Shown: positions 9,985 through 18,869 of the stretch, piece after piece
Numbering within the stretch: the first letter of the stretch is position 1
How the letters are laid out: each line of letters opens with the position of its first letter
Assembly: GCA_041661385.1 (NCBI GenBank)
Contig: JBAZUP010000001.1
Span: forward strand, 418,560 to 482,559
Length of the DNA: 64,000 nt
DNA from: Patescibacteria group bacterium
GTDB lineage: Bacteria; Patescibacteriota; Patescibacteriia; Magasanikbacterales; GWA2-37-8
Reading direction: 5' to 3'
The notes under the pieces: generated by a model
The model's input: the letters and a program-made list of their open reading frames with translations, nothing else
The model's database searches: none
What the model was told of the DNA's origin: nothing
Translations under genes and position numbers: made by a program

Positions 9985-11468
9985 ATGGCGCGTTTTTTTA
10001 CCGAGACATTAAAACCCAAATAGCGGCCAAACATTAAGTGCGTGACAGCGTCAAGACAGGGCAAAGAAGAAAACAACACCAGTGATACCGGAGTAAGTGC
10101 CCACTGCAAAATCATAAACAAATATTGATACCGACGATGCTGTTCGGGGCGAGGCGGAAGAAGCAACATGCCGATAATCATGGAGACAAATAAACCCGCC
10201 ATAGCAAGTGTCATGAGAGTTTCGAGCACATGTGGAGTGTTAAAAAAAAGCGCGCTTTGCCGAACCTGATCTTCAGCCACCCAAAGCGGCAACCTGCCGA
10301 GCACAGTAATAATAATCGCGACCACTCCCCAGCTCCATTTGCCTTCCCACTCATGAAACAACATGACAAATTTTTTGAAGCGGCTTATTTCTTTATGTTT
10401 TTCAAATTCCCAAAGCAAATAAGAAATATTTTCAGTGCCCCAGGCCCAGCGCCGTTGTTGAAAATACAAATTTTTTAAACTTTTTAAAATACTTTCATCA
10501 CGCACTGTATCCATTGAAACCGGTAAATACAAAGGCGTTACTTCGTAATCTCCGCCATAGGCAAGCCAACATTGATAAAAAATACGCGAATCCTCACTGA
10601 TGATATTTTTGGCATGGCCGCCCGCATCAATTGCCGCCTTAAAACTCATGCTATGTGAAGAAAAAGTGACAAGGTTATCAAGGCGAGCCAGGCTGAACAA
10701 CATCCAAAAAGTGGTACCAAAAGCCATGATTCGGAGTATCGCCGGCGAATCCCAAAGATTGTTATTGTACAAAGTGATAGGCTGAAACGAGCTGTGAGTC
10801 GGATTCGGATGTGAAAGATACATGTAAGTCAGATGAGCAAAATATTCCGGATGCGCCACGGTATCAATATCAAAAACCGACATTATTATATTTTCATATT
10901 GCCAATTTTTTGCATCCGCGTATTTTTTAAATTCCCATTCCGCATAATGAATGTTTGATCCTTTCCCGGCGATTTCGCCGGGCAAATTATCGGGATGGGT
11001 AAAAAATATCAGGTCCGCAAATTTGCCGGAAAAATGTTTTTTTATTTCCGCTTGCACTCCCTGCCAGTGTTCCAGCTTGCGCGCCTCACCGGAAATAACT
11101 ATATATAATTTCTCGGCTGGATATGCAGATTTGAGCAGCGCTCCAAGCGTCGCTTCTACTACGTCAAAATCTTCATTATACAAAGGTAAAAAAACAACAT
11201 TGATTTTTTCACTCCAGGCCGGAAATTCTTTTTTTAATTTATCGAACCAACTTACTTTTATCGCCAAACGAAATCGGTTCCAAGATAGAACCGTATAAAA
11301 AGAAAAATAAGCGACTCGAAGCACCCAATAAACATCAAAAATTATTATCAGGTAAATCATCCAAAGCGGACGAACAAAACTGAGCACCAAACCAACAAAA
11401 AGCGTGAGCCAAATGCTAAGGCCGGGTAAAATTTCGTATAATCGATATTTATGAAATGGTGTTAGCAT
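9981..11468 (-). CDS. Processive family-2 glycosyltransferase (cellulose/chitin/hyaluronan-synthase-like, membrane-embedded)
   Basis: GT-A domain with DxD-like FDIDTV, an ED motif (ISEDSRIF) and QQRRWAWG (the QxxRW processivity motif). Multiple TM helices at both ends. Confidence 0.65.
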   Translation of the reverse strand: MLTPFHKYRLYEILPGLSIWLTLFVGLVLSFVRPLWMIYLIIIFDVYWVLRVAYFSFYTVLSWNRFRLAIKVSWFDKLKKEFPAWSEKINVVFLPLYNEDFDVVEATLGALLKSAYPAEKLYIVISGEARKLEHWQGVQAEIKKHFSGKFADLIFFTHPDNLPGEIAGKGSNIHYAEWEFKKYADAKNWQYENIIMSVFDIDTVAHPEYFAHLTYMYLSHPNPTHSSFQPITLYNNNLWDSPAILRIMAFGTTFWMLFSLARLDNLVTFSSHSMSFKAAIDAGGHAKNIISEDSRIFYQCWLAYGGDYEVTPLYLPVSMDTVRDESILKSLKNLYFQQRRWAWGTENISYLLWEFEKHKEISRFKKFVMLFHEWEGKWSWGVVAIIITVLGRLPLWVAEDQVRQSALFFNTPHVLETLMTLAMAGLFVSMIIGMLLLPPRPEQHRRYQYLFMILQWALTPVSLVLFSSLPCLDAVTHLMFGRYLGFNVSVKKRAI

Positions 11469-11470
11469 AA

Positions 11471-11857
11471 TTACTTGTCATTTATCCCCCCAATACGCGG
11501 TTCAGCACTATAAACAGCGCTAATATATTGCCCAATCTGAGTATTTTTTAACTTTTTTACAATTTCCCCAAGATCATCGCCTTCGACAGCTATGACCGGA
11601 ATCTGAAGCGAATATGCAAGAACATTCGCGAAGGTACAAGCGAGGCGGGTAGCCGTAAATCTGCCGACCCCGACCCGAACTGCCATACCCTCGACATCGC
11701 CTAATTTAATTTTTTCAATTTGTAAAACTTTCTCAAAAGATTTTTCAAGATCTCCTTCATTTTCAGAATCAAAATTATGTTCGCGCCAATCCTTACCATC
11801 CTCAGAAACAAAAAAAACGATTTTATCCGTCGTTGTATTATTTACAAAAAAAAACAT
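11471..11857 (-). CDS. tsaB: TsaB/YeaZ-like protein, short (N-terminal ASKHA half only)
   Basis: VGVGRFTATRLACTFANVLAYSLQIPVIAV resembles the TsaB GPGSFTGLRIG...IPLIGV region. Only 128 aa. Confidence 0.45.
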   Translation of the reverse strand: MFFFVNNTTTDKIVFFVSEDGKDWREHNFDSENEGDLEKSFEKVLQIEKIKLGDVEGMAVRVGVGRFTATRLACTFANVLAYSLQIPVIAVEGDDLGEIVKKLKNTQIGQYISAVYSAEPRIGGINDK

Positions 11858-11859
11858 AT

Positions 11860-12486
11860 TTAACTGACCTCTAGTTCATTTACCACAAAAACATGTTTTG
11901 CTTCCAAAATTGCAAATAAAAATCTGTCACCAATATGACGACGGTCTTTAAACTCCTCTTCGGTCATAAAAGTATAACGAATTGTTTTTCCAAGATCGTC
12001 TTCGTAACGACGAATAATTTTAGAAACAATAAGCGGTTTTAGTTTACCAACAATCATAATGTCTGTGGTCGCATCTTTTTCACCGGTGAAAACTCCCGTC
12101 AAAAGAAAGAGTTTGATTTTACCACCCTTATGTTTAATTTCCTCAACCAACTCCTGCTCTTCCAATACTTCCGACTTGGTGAGAAGGGCCCTTAGCTCGG
12201 CAAAAAGCGGCGACAACTCATCAACTTGATAATATTTCGAACGTTCGGTTCCGGCTTCTTCACCCTGACTGTCTCCCGCGATTGAAGTGCGAATAATTCG
12301 CAGCTTCTGAAGGTTGGAAATTTCACGTCGTACGGCATTGAGCTGGGTCTTTATAAGCCGAGCGAGTTCTCGCACATAAAACGAGCGATCGGGCGACCTA
12401 AAAAAAACCTTTAATAACTTCAGACGAGTTTTTGAACCAAAAAAGTGTTCAAGCATAATTTTAATAAAATTCACCAATTTCGCCAC
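11860..12486 (-). CDS. Winged-helix (ArsR-like) DNA-binding domain fused to a minimal nucleotidyltransferase-like domain; putative regulator
   Basis: N-terminal TRLKLLKVF...YVRELARLI...LNAVRREISNL wHTH. C-terminal GVFTGEKDATTDIDIMIV resembles the NTase G[SG]...D.D motif. Confidence 0.4.
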   Translation of the reverse strand: MAKLVNFIKIMLEHFFGSKTRLKLLKVFFRSPDRSFYVRELARLIKTQLNAVRREISNLQKLRIIRTSIAGDSQGEEAGTERSKYYQVDELSPLFAELRALLTKSEVLEEQELVEEIKHKGGKIKLFLLTGVFTGEKDATTDIMIVGKLKPLIVSKIIRRYEDDLGKTIRYTFMTEEEFKDRRHIGDRFLFAILEAKHVFVVNELEVS

Positions 12487-12519
12487 GGATAAAATATGTG
12501 GCCAAATAGCGTCATTTTG

Positions 12520-12548
12520 TAGACTTACAAAATCGTTTATAGTATACT
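12520..12548 (+). promoter_or_regulatory. Sigma-70-type promoter for the 765-aa gene
   Basis: TAGACT, 17-nt spacer, TATACT. The -10 abuts the annotated ATG at 12549. Confidence 0.4.
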
Positions 12549-14846
12549 ATGTGCAGTATATCTCGTCAAAAACCTATGGACCAGATTCTTCGCCTCAATG
12601 AATTTTTTGTTGAAGGTGGAAAGCAAGATATCTCTCACGTTTTGCTGCATATCAATGAACCGTCTAGCCCTGAAGAAGCAAAAAAGGGCTACTTTTTTGC
12701 GTTATCGGAGACAAATAACGCCAGTGTTTCGTTTATCGCAAAGTTTCAGGATATAATTGACCGTGCCCAAACTGAATATTATGAGATTGCCGATGAATCC
12801 GGACGCGATGCTTTTGAATTAGTTCTTGAAAAAATGAATGGCGAGGCTTTTGTCCTTGAACATGAACAGGGTGAATTAAACAGCATTGTTGGCGCGATCA
12901 GGCAAAAAGAAATAATCTTCAGTTATTATGGCAATCCTCAGCTCCTACTTTTTTATCGCAACAAACAAGGCGGCTACGATAAAATGGATTTAGTAAAAGA
13001 CAGCGACAAAGATGAAAGTTCTGGTCAAATGTTTTCCCAGGTCATTCAAGGCAAACTAACACCGAACGATTATCTGTTCGTTGGCACTCCGCATATTGTG
13101 GATTTTTTTAGTCATGATCGGCTTGAAAAAATTATCACCAACCGCTCTGCCGAAGAAAGCGCCGCTCATATTGAAAAAGTTCTAAGCGAACTAAAAAACG
13201 GCTTTTCGTTTGGCGGACTCATTATTCATCTTTTTAGACAAGAACAACCGGAAGCCGCCAAAAAACTGCGCCCCGCCGCCGGATCAAGCAGCCAGTCACT
13301 CCAAAATTTGTTTACCCGCGAAAAAAATACCGCCAATACTCTTTCTCCTTCTATTTTACCAAAATTAGATCGTTTACGTGGTATTTTAAACAACAACGAT
13401 GCCCCTCCTCTGCCGGCCCAAAAATCTAATAATGATTTCCGAGGAACAGAAATTAAATCCGCGCACCTGAATACTCATCGGCCAAAAATGCGCGCCCCCT
13501 CCCCGAGTTTTGGCGATTACCTTATTTCAGCAGCAAAAATTATTTGGTCAGGCTTAAAAATCGTCGGCCGATTTCTTTTTCAAATTTTGTACCTTATTTA
13601 CGCCATTTTTTATAACATTTTCCGCACCATTATTTTGCTATTCATGGTAATAATAAATTATAAGAAACGCCGAAATACCATAATCGAAAACTGGAAAATG
13701 GCCTGGCGCGGCAGACGTGAAGATTTCCGGCACTTGCCACCGCTCACCAAATTTATGTTGCTTGGATCAATTTTAATTGCTTTATTCTTTGCAATCAGCC
13801 TCCTCTTTATTCAACACAATCGTAATGTTGCCGCGGAAAATGCCGCTTTTGAAAATTCGATCCGAGATATTCGAACCAAAATTGCCTCTGTAGAAAGCGC
13901 GGTAATATATAAAAATGACGAGCTGGCTTACGCTGAGTTTCAAAAAGCGACTGAAGCCATGTCAGCTGCGGTCTGCAAATCGGCAAATCAAAAAACAATT
14001 TGCAACGGCATCAGAAGTGAATTATCTGTACTTAGTACCAAGCTCCGAAAAATTACGATTGCGAATGTTTCGGAATTAACATCTTTCTCCGATTTGCCAA
14101 AAACTGGAGCAGAAAGAATAATACGAGCAAAAAACAAATTAATCGCTTACTCGCCTGCCACTTCCACTTTATTTACCTATGATCTTTCAACCGGTGAAGT
14201 AAAACTACTTCCGACCTACCCTTCAATCGCCGGTTTTAGCGAAGCCGCTGTACCAAAGGAAAATGATTATGTTCTTTTCTTATATAATAAAAAACAATTG
14301 ATGCGGCTTGATACAACGGACTGGTCCGTACAACTTGCCGAAATCTCGTTTGCTTCTGACAAATCGGAAATTACCGGCTTTGCAGTTTACAACCGCCGCC
14401 TTTATGCGCTCGACGCTATCAACAATACAATTTTACGCCACGATTCAATTAAGACCGGATTCGGCCAAGGACGAGAATGGCTTAAAGACAAAAGTGTTTC
14501 TCTGACAAATGGAACCGATCTTACTATCGATGGTGATGTTTTTATAACCAAAACCGACGGCAGTATCGTCAAATTTACATCCGGAGTTCCGCAGCCTTTT
14601 TCTTTAACCGGTTTAGATCCGGCATTATCCTCCGCTTCGCAAGCCTTCACCTATCTTGATATTCCAAATTTATATATTTTAGAACAGGCCCAAAAACGTT
14701 TAATTATTTTTGAAAAAAATGGCCATTTTATCGGCCAGTACACTAGCCCAACTTTCGTTTCACCGTCCGGATTTTCTGTTGACTATACCGCCAAAAATGT
14801 TTACTTGCTCGACTCGGGAAAACTTCTTAAATTTCCATTGCAATAA
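12549..14846 (+). CDS. Large hypothetical membrane protein (cytoplasmic N-domain, central TM segments, C-terminal extracytoplasmic beta-rich domain); true start probably ATG at 12576
   Basis: 765-aa ORF. TM helices around residues 330-420. No recognised catalytic motifs. The predicted -10 sits directly at the first ATG, so the in-frame ATG at 12576 is more plausible. Confidence 0.5.
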   Translation: MCSISRQKPMDQILRLNEFFVEGGKQDISHVLLHINEPSSPEEAKKGYFFALSETNNASVSFIAKFQDIIDRAQTEYYEIADESGRDAFELVLEKMNGEAFVLEHEQGELNSIVGAIRQKEIIFSYYGNPQLLLFYRNKQGGYDKMDLVKDSDKDESSGQMFSQVIQGKLTPNDYLFVGTPHIVDFFSHDRLEKIITNRSAEESAAHIEKVLSELKNGFSFGGLIIHLFRQEQPEAAKKLRPAAGSSSQSLQNLFTREKNTANTLSPSILPKLDRLRGILNNNDAPPLPAQKSNNDFRGTEIKSAHLNTHRPKMRAPSPSFGDYLISAAKIIWSGLKIVGRFLFQILYLIYAIFYNIFRTIILLFMVIINYKKRRNTIIENWKMAWRGRREDFRHLPPLTKFMLLGSILIALFFAISLLFIQHNRNVAAENAAFENSIRDIRTKIASVESAVIYKNDELAYAEFQKATEAMSAAVCKSANQKTICNGIRSELSVLSTKLRKITIANVSELTSFSDLPKTGAERIIRAKNKLIAYSPATSTLFTYDLSTGEVKLLPTYPSIAGFSEAAVPKENDYVLFLYNKKQLMRLDTTDWSVQLAEISFASDKSEITGFAVYNRRLYALDAINNTILRHDSIKTGFGQGREWLKDKSVSLTNGTDLTIDGDVFITKTDGSIVKFTSGVPQPFSLTGLDPALSSASQAFTYLDIPNLYILEQAQKRLIIFEKNGHFIGQYTSPTFVSPSGFSVDYTAKNVYLLDSGKLLKFPLQ

Positions 14847-14862
14847 TTTGCAAACAAAAAAA

Positions 14863-14889
14863 CCTTCCGATTGAGTCGGAAGGTTTTTT
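14863..14889. terminator. Bidirectional terminator between convergent genes
   Basis: ccttccga-ttgag-tcggaagg hairpin with flanking A-run and T-run. Confidence 0.6.
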
Positions 14890-14905
14890 AATTTCTTGCG
14901 AAAAA

Positions 14906-15280
14906 TTATTTCAAAGTGACTTTGCCGCCAGCTTCTTCAAGCTTTTTCTTCATGGCTTCAGCGTCATCTTTCTTTACGCCTTCTTTGATGGCTTTTGGAG
15001 CGGCATCAACGAGAGCTTTAGCATCAGCGAGACCAAGACCAGTAATTTCTTTTACAGCCTTAATAACGTTGATTTTGTTTGGACCTGCTTCGGTAAGTTC
15101 AACATTGAACTCGGATTTTTCTTCGGCAGCGGCTCCGGCAGCGGCTGGGGCAGCCATCATCATGGCTGGGGCGGCGGCGGAAACTCCAAACTTCTCTTCC
15201 ATCGCCTTAACAAGTTCGGCGAGTTCGAGTACTGTAAGTTTTTCAACTTCGGAAATGATTGTTTCTAATTTTGCACTCAT
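14906..15280 (-). CDS. rplL: 50S ribosomal protein L7/L12
   Basis: 124 aa. Ala-rich hinge and the conserved C-terminal domain ([24 protein letters not shown]). Confidence 0.9.
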   Translation of the reverse strand: MSAKLETIISEVEKLTVLELAELVKAMEEKFGVSAAAPAMMMAAPAAAGAAAEEKSEFNVELTEAGPNKINVIKAVKEITGLGLADAKALVDAAPKAIKEGVKKDDAEAMKKKLEEAGGKVTLK

Positions 15281-15291
15281 AATATTATTAA

Positions 15292-15822
15292 TTAAGCTTT
15301 TTTAGTTTTATAGGCGTTAAGCACATTCATAAGACTGCGTAATACTCCGGCATTTACATTTACAAAACCAGAAATTGGCGCGTTCATTGTATGTACTAAC
15401 ATGGAAAGTAATTCTTGCTTGTTTGGAAGAGCGGACAAGCTCTTTACCATAGCAGCATCAATAAATTTTCCTTCCAAAATTCCTCCAAAGATTGAGACTA
15501 CATCATTTTTCTTGGCAAAAGCTGCTACCACTTTAGCAGGGGTGACTTCGTCAGACCCGATAAAGGTTGCAATACCACCTTGAAAAGAAGCAGTGTCGGT
15601 ATCCGAAAGACCCACGGCTTCGAGCGCGCGCTTTACCAAGGTTTTCTTGGCGGCAAGCACTGTAACGCCGACTTGGCGGGCATTCTTACGGAGTTCTTCG
15701 GTTTGAGCAACGGTAAGACCCTGAAAATTGGCAAAAACAACGCCTTTGGCGCCTTTTAAACCACTTGAGAGTGTCTCTACTGTTACTTGTTTTTGTTGTT
15801 TTGATTTGGGCATAAGATTCAT
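15292..15822 (-). CDS. rplJ: 50S ribosomal protein L10
   Basis: 176 aa. L10 family. Located immediately upstream of rplL. Confidence 0.9.
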   Translation of the reverse strand: MNLMPKSKQQKQVTVETLSSGLKGAKGVVFANFQGLTVAQTEELRKNARQVGVTVLAAKKTLVKRALEAVGLSDTDTASFQGGIATFIGSDEVTPAKVVAAFAKKNDVVSIFGGILEGKFIDAAMVKSLSALPNKQELLSMLVHTMNAPISGFVNVNAGVLRSLMNVLNAYKTKKA

Positions 15823-15990
15823 ATCCGCTTGAAGCGGATTGTTAACTGACGCTCCGATAAACGGAGGCTAGTAACAAAAAAATCTGTGTTTCCACAGACT
15901 AACGTAATACAGTCGACCTTAACAAAAAGTTTCTGATTACCTCGGTAGGACATTAAGCCTTGCGGCACCTACTGTCTATGGTTAAAAAGA
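15823..15990 (-). promoter_or_regulatory. Putative L10 (rplJ) leader / autoregulatory 5'UTR
   Basis: ~170-nt untranslated region upstream of rplJ with hairpins (atccgcttgaagcggat; tctgtgtttccacagact). Position is typical of the L10-L12 autoregulatory leader. Confidence 0.35.
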
Positions 15991-16041
15991 GTATATCAAA
16001 CAAAAACCTGATTGTCAATAGTTCGATTTAAGGATAATTCC

Positions 16042-16728
16042 TTATTCAATAATTGTGCCGGTAATCGCCTTTCCTTCAATCGCCTTTTCAACCTCGGCAA
16101 GGTCAGTACCCATCGCAAACAACACCTTAAGATGCATTTTTTGGCCTTCCTTACACGCCACCGGATCAAACGGAGCGTTTGCTCCCGGCACCCAAATATC
16201 TCCGACAATTTCACGCATTTGACTCCAAGTAACTCGATCAAGCCGTTTAGCTTTTGGATTCATTTTTGGGTCTGAATCATAAATATGGCTGATATTAGAA
16301 AGATTTATCAAAGTATCTGATTCATATAACTCAGCAAATTTAACGGCATCAAAATCTGTGGAACATCCCGGCTTCCAACCGCTTACTACCAAGACCGGCT
16401 CAACCCACGGCAATTTTTCGTTAAAATCACGGGCTACTACCGGATGAGCGTATTCACGAAATATAGTCCTGATAAAATGCGCGTTCAGGCGCGTGGCATG
16501 AATACCAATCCAATCTATATCTTCTGGCATAAGATGACTAATCGCGAGCGCCGCCCGTTGGTAAGAACGCGCCGTGCTGCCACCGCCACAAACAATAATA
16601 AAACGATAGCCGTCTTTAATTTTCTTTACAATTAACTCCCTAAAACCAATTAAAAAATCGGTATTGAAACCGGTTTGAGGAATAATAAGCGACCCGCCGA
16701 GCGACAAAACTATAATCTTGTGATTCAT
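16042..16728 (-). CDS. pyrH: Amino-acid-kinase-fold enzyme, most like archaeal-type UMP kinase
   Basis: IVLSLGGSLI and IIVCGGGSTARSY glycine-rich motifs of the AAK/UMP kinase fold. 228 aa. Confidence 0.5.
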   Translation of the reverse strand: MNHKIIVLSLGGSLIIPQTGFNTDFLIGFRELIVKKIKDGYRFIIVCGGGSTARSYQRAALAISHLMPEDIDWIGIHATRLNAHFIRTIFREYAHPVVARDFNEKLPWVEPVLVVSGWKPGCSTDFDAVKFAELYESDTLINLSNISHIYDSDPKMNPKAKRLDRVTWSQMREIVGDIWVPGANAPFDPVACKEGQKMHLKVLFAMGTDLAEVEKAIEGKAITGTIIE

Positions 16729-16729
16729 A

Positions 16730-17206
16730 TTATAAAGCTTTTTTCATTAAAATTGTTTCAAACTTTGGCCCATTATTTTTATGAATTATTAATTTTCTAA
16801 TTTTTTTATAACCAAAGTGCTTATAAAAAAGAACCGCAAAAAGCGAAGAATGTACCTGCAAATATTTCAGCTTCAATTTTTTCGCTTCTTTTTCAATGAA
16901 ATTTATCAGCTCTCTCCCAACACCCTTACCCTGATGGAGGGGGTCAACGAAAAACTGTCTTATACGATTTTCATTTTCAGTAAGACAAATAACGCCAACA
17001 ATTTTATTTCCTAAAACTGCTACTTTATAATTTCGTTCCTTAGATTTTTTCAAAATTTTTACAGCACTGGCCCCGGAACATAAAAACTTAATCACGGCCG
17101 GAGAATAATATTTTTTATTAGTAACTTGTATGGCCCGACGAATAATTCTGGCAACATCATACTCATCTCCCTTTTTAAATTTCCGAACCTTAATTTTTTT
17201 AGCCAT
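16730..17206 (-). CDS. GNAT family N-acetyltransferase
   Basis: QGKGVGRELI acetyl-CoA binding motif (Q/RxxGxG/A). 158 aa. Confidence 0.7.
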   Translation of the reverse strand: MAKKIKVRKFKKGDEYDVARIIRRAIQVTNKKYYSPAVIKFLCSGASAVKILKKSKERNYKVAVLGNKIVGVICLTENENRIRQFFVDPLHQGKGVGRELINFIEKEAKKLKLKYLQVHSSLFAVLFYKHFGYKKIRKLIIHKNNGPKFETILMKKAL

Positions 17207-17372
17207 AGTTAAAAAGGCTTTTTGAAAAAACTTTTATTCTTACGGCTGAGTTTGGTGTGAGCAGAATTTTGTTTGAACAATTCCGGTCGACTAGAAAGCC
17301 AACGACTAGGCGTGCGATAACCGGTCTTTCCTTTTTGCGCTCGATTGGATGAATAATTTTTCATGTTACACG

Positions 17373-17720
17373 CTATTTACGACTCCCAAAAAATAGCTGT
17401 ATTAACCAACTTGCGATTGAAAGGCAAAGCGCTCCCCAAAAAGCGGCAGCAAAATCCGCCACTCCAAAACCTTTTACCACTGTAGAAACGAACCAGAACA
17501 GCAAAGCATTAATAACAAAAGTAAAAAGACCCAGGGTGATAATGTTTACCGGCAAAGTTAAAATAAGAATAATTGGCCGAATAAGAGCATTTACAAGCCC
17601 CAGCACCAGAGCAGCAACTAACGCCGCATAAAAATCGGCAATCTTGATTCCCGGCACAATGTAATAACCAATCGCCATGAGAGCGAGCGCGTTGAGTAGC
17701 CAACGAATTATAAATCGCAT
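17373..17720 (-). CDS. DUF360 / phage-holin-4-like four-TM membrane protein
   Basis: 115 aa with four hydrophobic helices. The layout (LLNALALMAIGYY...; IRPIILILTLPVNIITLGLF) is typical of Phage_holin_4_2 family. Confidence 0.5.
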   Translation of the reverse strand: MRFIIRWLLNALALMAIGYYIVPGIKIADFYAALVAALVLGLVNALIRPIILILTLPVNIITLGLFTFVINALLFWFVSTVVKGFGVADFAAAFWGALCLSIASWLIQLFFGSRK

Positions 17721-17723
17721 AAA

Positions 17724-18326
17724 TTAACGGACAATTAAATTAAATATGGTATCGATAATCGGCGAGATAAGTTGAAACATGAAAAAAATGAAAAACATCA
17801 AAATCATGAAGCCGTACCGGTCCAAAAAGTTTTTTATTTTATAGGCGCTGTCCGGCAAAATCGCATATAAAATTTTAGAGCCATCAAGCGGCGGAATCGG
17901 CACCAAATTAAATACCATCAGCATTATATTGATATAAATAATTATTACCAAATATTCGGAAATATAGCTGCCGGGAATGAAACGCAAAACCGCCCCAACG
18001 CTTACCGCGAGGAGCAAGTTGGCGAGCGGACCGGCAATACCAACTAAAGCCGGACCCCAACGTTGATTTTTTAAATTGTAAGGGTTATATGGCACGGGCT
18101 TTGCATAAGCAAACATAAACCGTCCACTCGTAAATATAAATAGCGTTATCGGTAAAATAATCGTACCCCATAAATCAATATGACTGCGCGGATCAAGGGT
18201 AAGACGGCCGGCATACCTCGCGGTTGGGTCGCCCAGTCGTTCCGCCATCCAACCGTGGGCATATTCATGCAAAATTGACGAGGGAATGACGATAATGAAG
18301 TAAAAAACGAGGCTGAGGAAGTCCAT
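17724..18326 (-). CDS. M50 family site-2 protease-like zinc metalloprotease
   Basis: HEYAHG (HExxH) inside the first TM helix plus a downstream LDG motif. Multi-pass membrane protein, 200 aa. Confidence 0.6.
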   Translation of the reverse strand: MDFLSLVFYFIIVIPSSILHEYAHGWMAERLGDPTARYAGRLTLDPRSHIDLWGTIILPITLFIFTSGRFMFAYAKPVPYNPYNLKNQRWGPALVGIAGPLANLLLAVSVGAVLRFIPGSYISEYLVIIIYINIMLMVFNLVPIPPLDGSKILYAILPDSAYKIKNFLDRYGFMILMFFIFFMFQLISPIIDTIFNLIVR

Positions 18327-18413
18327 GTTGACAAATCTTTAAAAATAGGCTAATATAATGGGGTTCTGTTTTTTAATTATATTCTAAACACCTAAAATAA
18401 GCAACCATTTTAT

Positions 18414-18590
18414 ATGTCGATGACCTGTTCAATTTGTACAAAAAAGGCCCAGCGCGCCAACTATGTGAGCCACTCCAATGTGAAAGCAGTCCGCCGCCAA
18501 AAACCAAATCTTCAACGCATGAATATCGACGGCAAAAGCGTGAAAATTTGCTCCAGCTGCCGACGCACTTTGGTAAAAGAATTGGCCTAA
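18414..18590 (+). CDS. rpmB: 50S ribosomal protein L28 (58 aa; below the ORF-track length cutoff)
   Basis: Manual translation gives MSMTCSICTKKAQRANYVSHSNVKAVRRQKPNLQRMNIDGKSVKICSSCRRTL, i.e. the L28 signature (C-x-x-C...SHSN...R...PNLQ...C-x-x-C). The overlapping track ORF 18434..18622 is in another frame. Confidence 0.75.
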   Translation: MSMTCSICTKKAQRANYVSHSNVKAVRRQKPNLQRMNIDGKSVKICSSCRRTLVKELA

Positions 18591-18600
18591 ATATACAAAA

Positions 18601-18640
18601 ATTAAAAAATCTCCTTAATTAAGGAGATTTTTTTGTGGCT
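18601..18640. terminator. Bidirectional rho-independent terminator
   Basis: aatctccttaattaaggagatt hairpin flanked by an A6 run and a T7 run. Confidence 0.65.
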
Positions 18641-18768
18641 CGACAATCGGCCTTAAAACCTATCCTTGAAAGGTAGGTGGTAAACCTCACGCAAAACCCA
18701 CGGGCTTTGCAAATTCGGTAAACCTATAAGAACGATTATAGAATAGTATCATGCCTAACTGCCGGGCC
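18606..18768 (-). ncRNA. Candidate small RNA (unknown family) in the rpmB/ndk convergent gap
   Basis: Minus-strand promoter (TTGACA at 18802..18797, 16-nt spacer, TATACT at 18780..18775) and the bidirectional terminator delimit a ~160-nt untranslated, hairpin-rich transcript. The sequence GUUUACC occurs twice. Confidence 0.3.
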
Positions 18769-18869
18769 ACAGGTAGTATATATCAGCAGCAAAACCTGTC
18801 AAACCTTTATTTTTACACAAAAAAATCACTCCTGTGGATAAGAAGTGATTTTTGAAATTATTTGAATTA

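Noticed and set aside
18606-18802. SRP RNA, 6S, tmRNA or RNase P identity for the two candidate sRNAs (also 32011..32232)
   Set aside because: I looked for hallmark motifs: SRP GGAAGCAGCC/domain IV, RNase P GGAAAGUCCGG...ACAGAAnCCGGCUUA, the tmRNA tag ORF and tRNA-like end. None matches convincingly. Only a GUUUACC string and a partial AGAAGUCGGCUU resemblance were seen. They are left as unclassified.
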